A stretch of DNA of 64,000 nucleotides from Trueperaceae bacterium (GTDB lineage Bacteria > Deinococcota > Deinococci > Deinococcales > Trueperaceae), in the NCBI GenBank assembly GCA_965213925.1, contig OZ243927.1:3136001-3200000 (forward strand), in the 5' to 3' direction. The position numbers and the translations under genes were made by a program. Below are positions 60,419 through 64,000 of the stretch, piece after piece. Every line of letters starts with the position of its first letter. The stretch's first letter is position 1. The notes below the pieces were generated by a model, which worked only from the letters and a program-made list of their open reading frames with translations, did not search any database and was not told the DNA's origin.

Positions 60419-61490
60419 TAAGGACCCGTACACAATTACTTTCAACCGAGATTTGGCTGAGAGAAGTTGATAGACAAGTCGTTACTGACAGAGGCTAGGA
60501 TTTGGGTCACGGCGTAGAAGAGGGTATCTTCAGCGAAGTAGTCCTCGGGTCTGAGCCACTCATACTTGAGCTCACGCCAGAGGATTTCTATCAGGTTGAG
60601 GTGTAGTGAGTAAGGGGGTAAGTAGAAGAGGAAAAGCCCGCGCCGTTCCCACACTTCACGACGCTCTTGAAAGCGCTTGGCGGCATGTACCCGCGCATTA
60701 CCGAGTACAACGACAGTGAGCTTACTGATGCTAAAGGCTAAGGTCTCGGATGATGAAGTCGCTGTCAATCTTGCCTCTCGTTGTTCTGAATAGAAAGTCA
60801 TTATCGCGGCTGAATAAACCGAAGAGGTTGAGTCCCTTGCCTTTAGCTGAGGGCGTAAACACATCTTCATCCTTGAACTGCCAGCCATAGGGTATACAAG
60901 GCTCAGTCGAAACGCGGCTCTCATCACCGTAGAAAAGGTCAATCAGCCCTTGGCTAGAGAGCCATTCGAGATTGTCTAGCTCCTCGACTTTGAGGGCGTA
61001 GCTTTCCTCGTCTGTTTGGTAAAGGGGACGCTTTCGGATGCGTTTATAGTTTGCACCATGTTTTTTATATAGCGCTCCAAGGTCTTCGTGCTGAAGTTTT
61101 TACCTAGCGCCTCTTCTAATTCGGCCCTCGCAACCTTGAGCTGTTGTCAGTGTGTCTGCACCGCTACTCTAACTGCTGCTAAATCTGCCTCCAGCACCTA
61201 AAATCGGTCTGCGTCCCCGTCCTGCTCTCGTACGCAGCCCCTCAATACCCTCTACCTCATAACGCTTCAGCCAGTTGTTCACCGACACCTCGCAGCAACC
61301 CAATATCTCAGCAACTTCTGCCGAGGTGCGCGGCTCGCTTTTGAGCAACATCATCTGACAATGCTGTCTATAGCTGTGCGTATCGCCTTCTCGGTAGCCC
61401 TTCTCTAATTCTGAACGCGCTACCTCATTCAGCTTAACTGTTTTGATCCTCGCTATAGCTTAGTTTAAGCTATTTCTGGTCGGGTACTTA
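60419..61490 (-). mobile_element. Decayed IS630-family element, related to 40916-42127
   Basis: Imperfect terminal repeats TAAGGACCCG.. / ..CGGGTACTTA; LPPYS.HLNLIEILWRELKYEW; several stops and frameshifts; the second catalytic Asp reads Gly (VLGNA). Confidence 0.85.
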
Positions 61491-61491
61491 G

Positions 61492-61620
61492 ATGCGCGAG
61501 GCGCAAGAACACGTCCTCGCCTTCGCGCCAGAGGAGTCGCCCGTATACCTACCCTCGCACGACCCAGACTCGGTTGGAAGGTTGCGGGCTGGAGCGGTGC
61601 TCGTGCCTGGAAGGGGCTAG
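61492..61620 (+). pseudogene. 3' remnant of a metallo-beta-lactamase-fold (AHL-lactonase-like) gene cut by the IS
   Basis: Manual translation ..VLAFAPEESPVYLPSHDPDSVGRL..* directly abutting the IS end. Confidence 0.35.
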
Positions 61621-61682
61621 TAGTCGAGCAGCAGGAGGTGCTGTGCGGCGAACGCGCGCAACTGTTGCACAAACCTTTACGC

Positions 61683-62576
61683 TCATTCCTTCGAAGCGCC
61701 CAGCGTGATGCCCTTAACAAAGAAGCGTTGCACAAAGGGAAATACGAGAATCAGCACGCCCACCCCGATAACCACCGCCGCCATGCGCGTATTCGGCAGG
61801 ATGACGCCCAGACCGCTCGTCGTCTCGTTCTCCGACACGACCCCTTGCAAGGCGAGCTGAACGGTAAAGAGCCGCTCGTCCGTAAGGTAGAGCAGCGGCT
61901 CGGTGAACTGGTTCCATCTAGCGACGACCTCGAAGAGCCCGACCGCCGCTAGCCCCGGCGCACTCACCGGTAAGACCACGCGGAAAAAGAGTGCGAAGTG
62001 ATTTGCCCCGTCAATCTTCGCCGCATCCAAAAGGGCGCGCGGCACGCCCCGGAAATAGTTGAAGAGCAAAAAGATACTGAAGCCCGACAAAAGCCCGGCG
62101 ATAACGAGCGCGGTGAGCGTGTTGAGCAGGCCGAGTTGCCGGTTCACAATGTAGAGCGGGACCATGATGGCCTCGCTCGGCACGCTCATGCTCAGCGCGA
62201 CGATGGCAACCGTCAGCGTGCGCAGAGTAAAGGCGCGTTGTAAGAGCGCATACGCCGCCCCCGCGCAGAAGAGAACGTGAAGCGTCGTGCCGATGCTCGT
62301 GACGATGAGGCTGTTCACAAAAGGTCGCCAGAGCTGGAGCCGCTGCCACGCAGCCTGGTAGCCCTCCACGCTCCACTCGCTCGGCAGGAGGCTAACGCCG
62401 CGCTGCACCGAGGCGATAGGCGTGGAGAACGAGAGCGAGAGCGCGTAGAGGAGCGGCACGGCGGTGAGCCCCATCAGGACGAGGGCAGCGAGGGCCAAGC
62501 CGAGGTCAGCGGGGTTGAGTTTGGGGTGGCCTGGGACTCGAGGCTTCTGTAGCGTACGCCGCTCTACCCTAGCCAT
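61683..62576 (-). CDS. Carbohydrate ABC transporter permease (MalG-type)
   Basis: LLDAAKIDGA, WNQF, FVQRFFVKGITLGASK. Confidence 0.92.
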   Translation of the reverse strand: MARVERRTLQKPRVPGHPKLNPADLGLALAALVLMGLTAVPLLYALSLSFSTPIASVQRGVSLLPSEWSVEGYQAAWQRLQLWRPFVNSLIVTSIGTTLHVLFCAGAAYALLQRAFTLRTLTVAIVALSMSVPSEAIMVPLYIVNRQLGLLNTLTALVIAGLLSGFSIFLLFNYFRGVPRALLDAAKIDGANHFALFFRVVLPVSAPGLAAVGLFEVVARWNQFTEPLLYLTDERLFTVQLALQGVVSENETTSGLGVILPNTRMAAVVIGVGVLILVFPFVQRFFVKGITLGASKE

Positions 62577-63457
62577 CAGTACAGCTCGCTTTCGGGCACG
62601 CGCAGCGTCCGGCGCAAGCCCGAGAGAAGCAGGACGCCGACGGCCACCACCAGAAAGGACGCCGCTGCCGCCTCGCCTAGTTTGAACCCAGCGATGCCCC
62701 GGTCGTAAACGTAGGTCATAAGGACATCCACAGCTCTAGTCGTCGCGGGGTTGCGCAGGACGAAAACCTGGTCGAACATCTTGAGCGCCCCGACTAAGCT
62801 CAGCACGAAGACGACGAGCGCGGTCGGCGCGAGGAGCGGCAACGTCACAAAGCGGTGTTTACCCCAGCGCCCGGCCCCGTCAATGGTCGCCGCCTCATAG
62901 AGGTTCGGGTTGATGGCGCTCAGCGCCGCGAAGTAGAGAACCGCGTAGTAGCCCGCGTCTTTCCAGACCGCTAAGAGCACGTACACAGGCTTGGCGAGGT
63001 CCGGGCGAGCCAGCACGTGAACGGGCTCACCGCCGAGCCGCACCAGCACGTTGTTAAAGAGCCCCGTGTCCGGCGAGAGCACCTGAATCCAGATGCCGCC
63101 CACGACGATCCAGCTGAAGAGATGCGGCGTGTAGGTGATGGTCTGAGTGAGGTTGCGGAGCGGCGCGTACGGGAGTTCGTAGAGCAGGATCGCTAAGAAG
63201 ATAGGCACGAGCGTACCGAGCACGACCATGCCGACCCCCATATAGAGCGTGTTGCGCAGCGCCCGCCAGAAGGCGCGGTCCGCTAAGACCTCTTCGTAGT
63301 TCTGCATTCCAACGAATGCGCCGCCGCCAAGCAAGCGCGGCTCATGCAGGCTGATCCAAAACCCTTGAACGATGGGGTAGAGCGAGAAAATCGTGAAGTA
63401 GAGTAGCGCGGGCAGCGCCAAAAGGTAGAGCTGATAGTGACGCCTGAGATGTTTCAT
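62576..63457 (-). CDS. Carbohydrate ABC transporter permease (LplB/MalF-type)
   Basis: TYTPHLFSWIVV, LYEAATIDGA; start moved to MKHL at 63457. Confidence 0.9.
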   Translation of the reverse strand: MKHLRRHYQLYLLALPALLYFTIFSLYPIVQGFWISLHEPRLLGGGAFVGMQNYEEVLADRAFWRALRNTLYMGVGMVVLGTLVPIFLAILLYELPYAPLRNLTQTITYTPHLFSWIVVGGIWIQVLSPDTGLFNNVLVRLGGEPVHVLARPDLAKPVYVLLAVWKDAGYYAVLYFAALSAINPNLYEAATIDGAGRWGKHRFVTLPLLAPTALVVFVLSLVGALKMFDQVFVLRNPATTRAVDVLMTYVYDRGIAGFKLGEAAAASFLVVAVGVLLLSGLRRTLRVPESELY

Positions 63458-63570
63458 AGCGTTTCCGGGCGGTTCACGAGTGAGCGTCGTACGCAGACAA
63501 ATCAGGCGGAACGGCAAGAAAGCTCACCGAGATGCTTTCCCAGTGAGCTGACATTGCTCTATGTTGCGCT

Positions 63571-64000
63571 TTAGCGATCAATGAGCCCCGCACCCATCAG
63601 CTCGTCGTGCATCTGCGCGACGGCCTCTTCGACAGGCATCTCTCCTGTGATAGCGCGAAAGGCGTAGTCATTAACGATGGCCTCGGCTTCGGGCCAGTCG
63701 GCGGTAGACAGCTCCAGGGTCGCGTGCTGCATGACGATAGCCTCGGCCTCGGTGACGCCCGGCAGGGTGCCGAAGGGCGGCTCGACATTCTCGTTATACC
63801 AGCGCGGCACGCCGTGATCCAGGTTGTGCTCCTCGCCGATTTCGGTCAGCGTCATACTACCGTCCTCCGCGACTGTGTAGTCGTGCCCTTCGATACCCAC
63901 TGAGCCCAACGTGATGCCCTCTTCGGTGTGCCAGTACTCGAGGAACTGCCGGGCTGCATCAGGATTGGGCGCGTTCGCCGGGATACCCCACACGCTCGGG
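63571..64000 (-). CDS. Carbohydrate ABC substrate-binding protein, 3' part (start outside window)
   Basis: AARQFLEYW, GIEGHDY, AITGEMPVEEAV; upstream of two permease genes. Confidence 0.75.
   Translation of the reverse strand, partial: PSVWGIPANAPNPDAARQFLEYWHTEEGITLGSVGIEGHDYTVAEDGSMTLTEIGEEHNLDHGVPRWYNENVEPPFGTLPGVTEAEAIVMQHATLELSTADWPEAEAIVNDYAFRAITGEMPVEEAVAQMHDELMGAGLIDR

Noticed and set aside
40916..61490. Composite transposon bounded by the two IS630 copies
   Set aside because: The copies are clearly diverged from each other and independently decayed; nothing shows joint movement.

Overview
GC-rich bacterial chromosomal segment, probably Deinococcota (Truepera/Deinococcus-like). This is inferred from frequent leaderless TANNNT-N5..8-ATG starts, a Thermus-type cytochrome c552 domain and an apparent excess of CTCGAG; no database search was possible. 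Main loci in order: ProU-type osmoprotectant ABC operon, tyrS, a CLC-CBS-RCK_C transporter, a seven-gene Alternative Complex III operon (actA-F plus an ActG-like protein fused through a Gln-rich tether to a c552-like cytochrome), acyl-CoA ligase, thiolase, M3 oligopeptidase, a NAL1-like serine protease preceded by a stand-alone copy of its own N-terminal domain, scpA, a Phd/VapC toxin-antitoxin pair, an erythromycin-esterase-family protein, split methylmalonyl-CoA mutase genes, a MoxR/VWA pair, a LacI-controlled probable beta-1,2-glucan locus (ABC, GH144, GH94, broken second GH144), an MntR/Tro-type metal ABC operon whose two permeases carry winged-helix-like tails, and part of a second sugar ABC operon. 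The window also holds two decayed IS630 copies, IS110 and IS701-like fragments and several pseudogenes. The least-explained signals are: a set of very short (18-66 bp) hairpin insertion elements, including an identical 61-bp unit at two unrelated sites, one nested inside a relative; two promoter-plus-hairpin sRNA candidates; and a uORF/hairpin leader in front of a very basic 122-aa protein.
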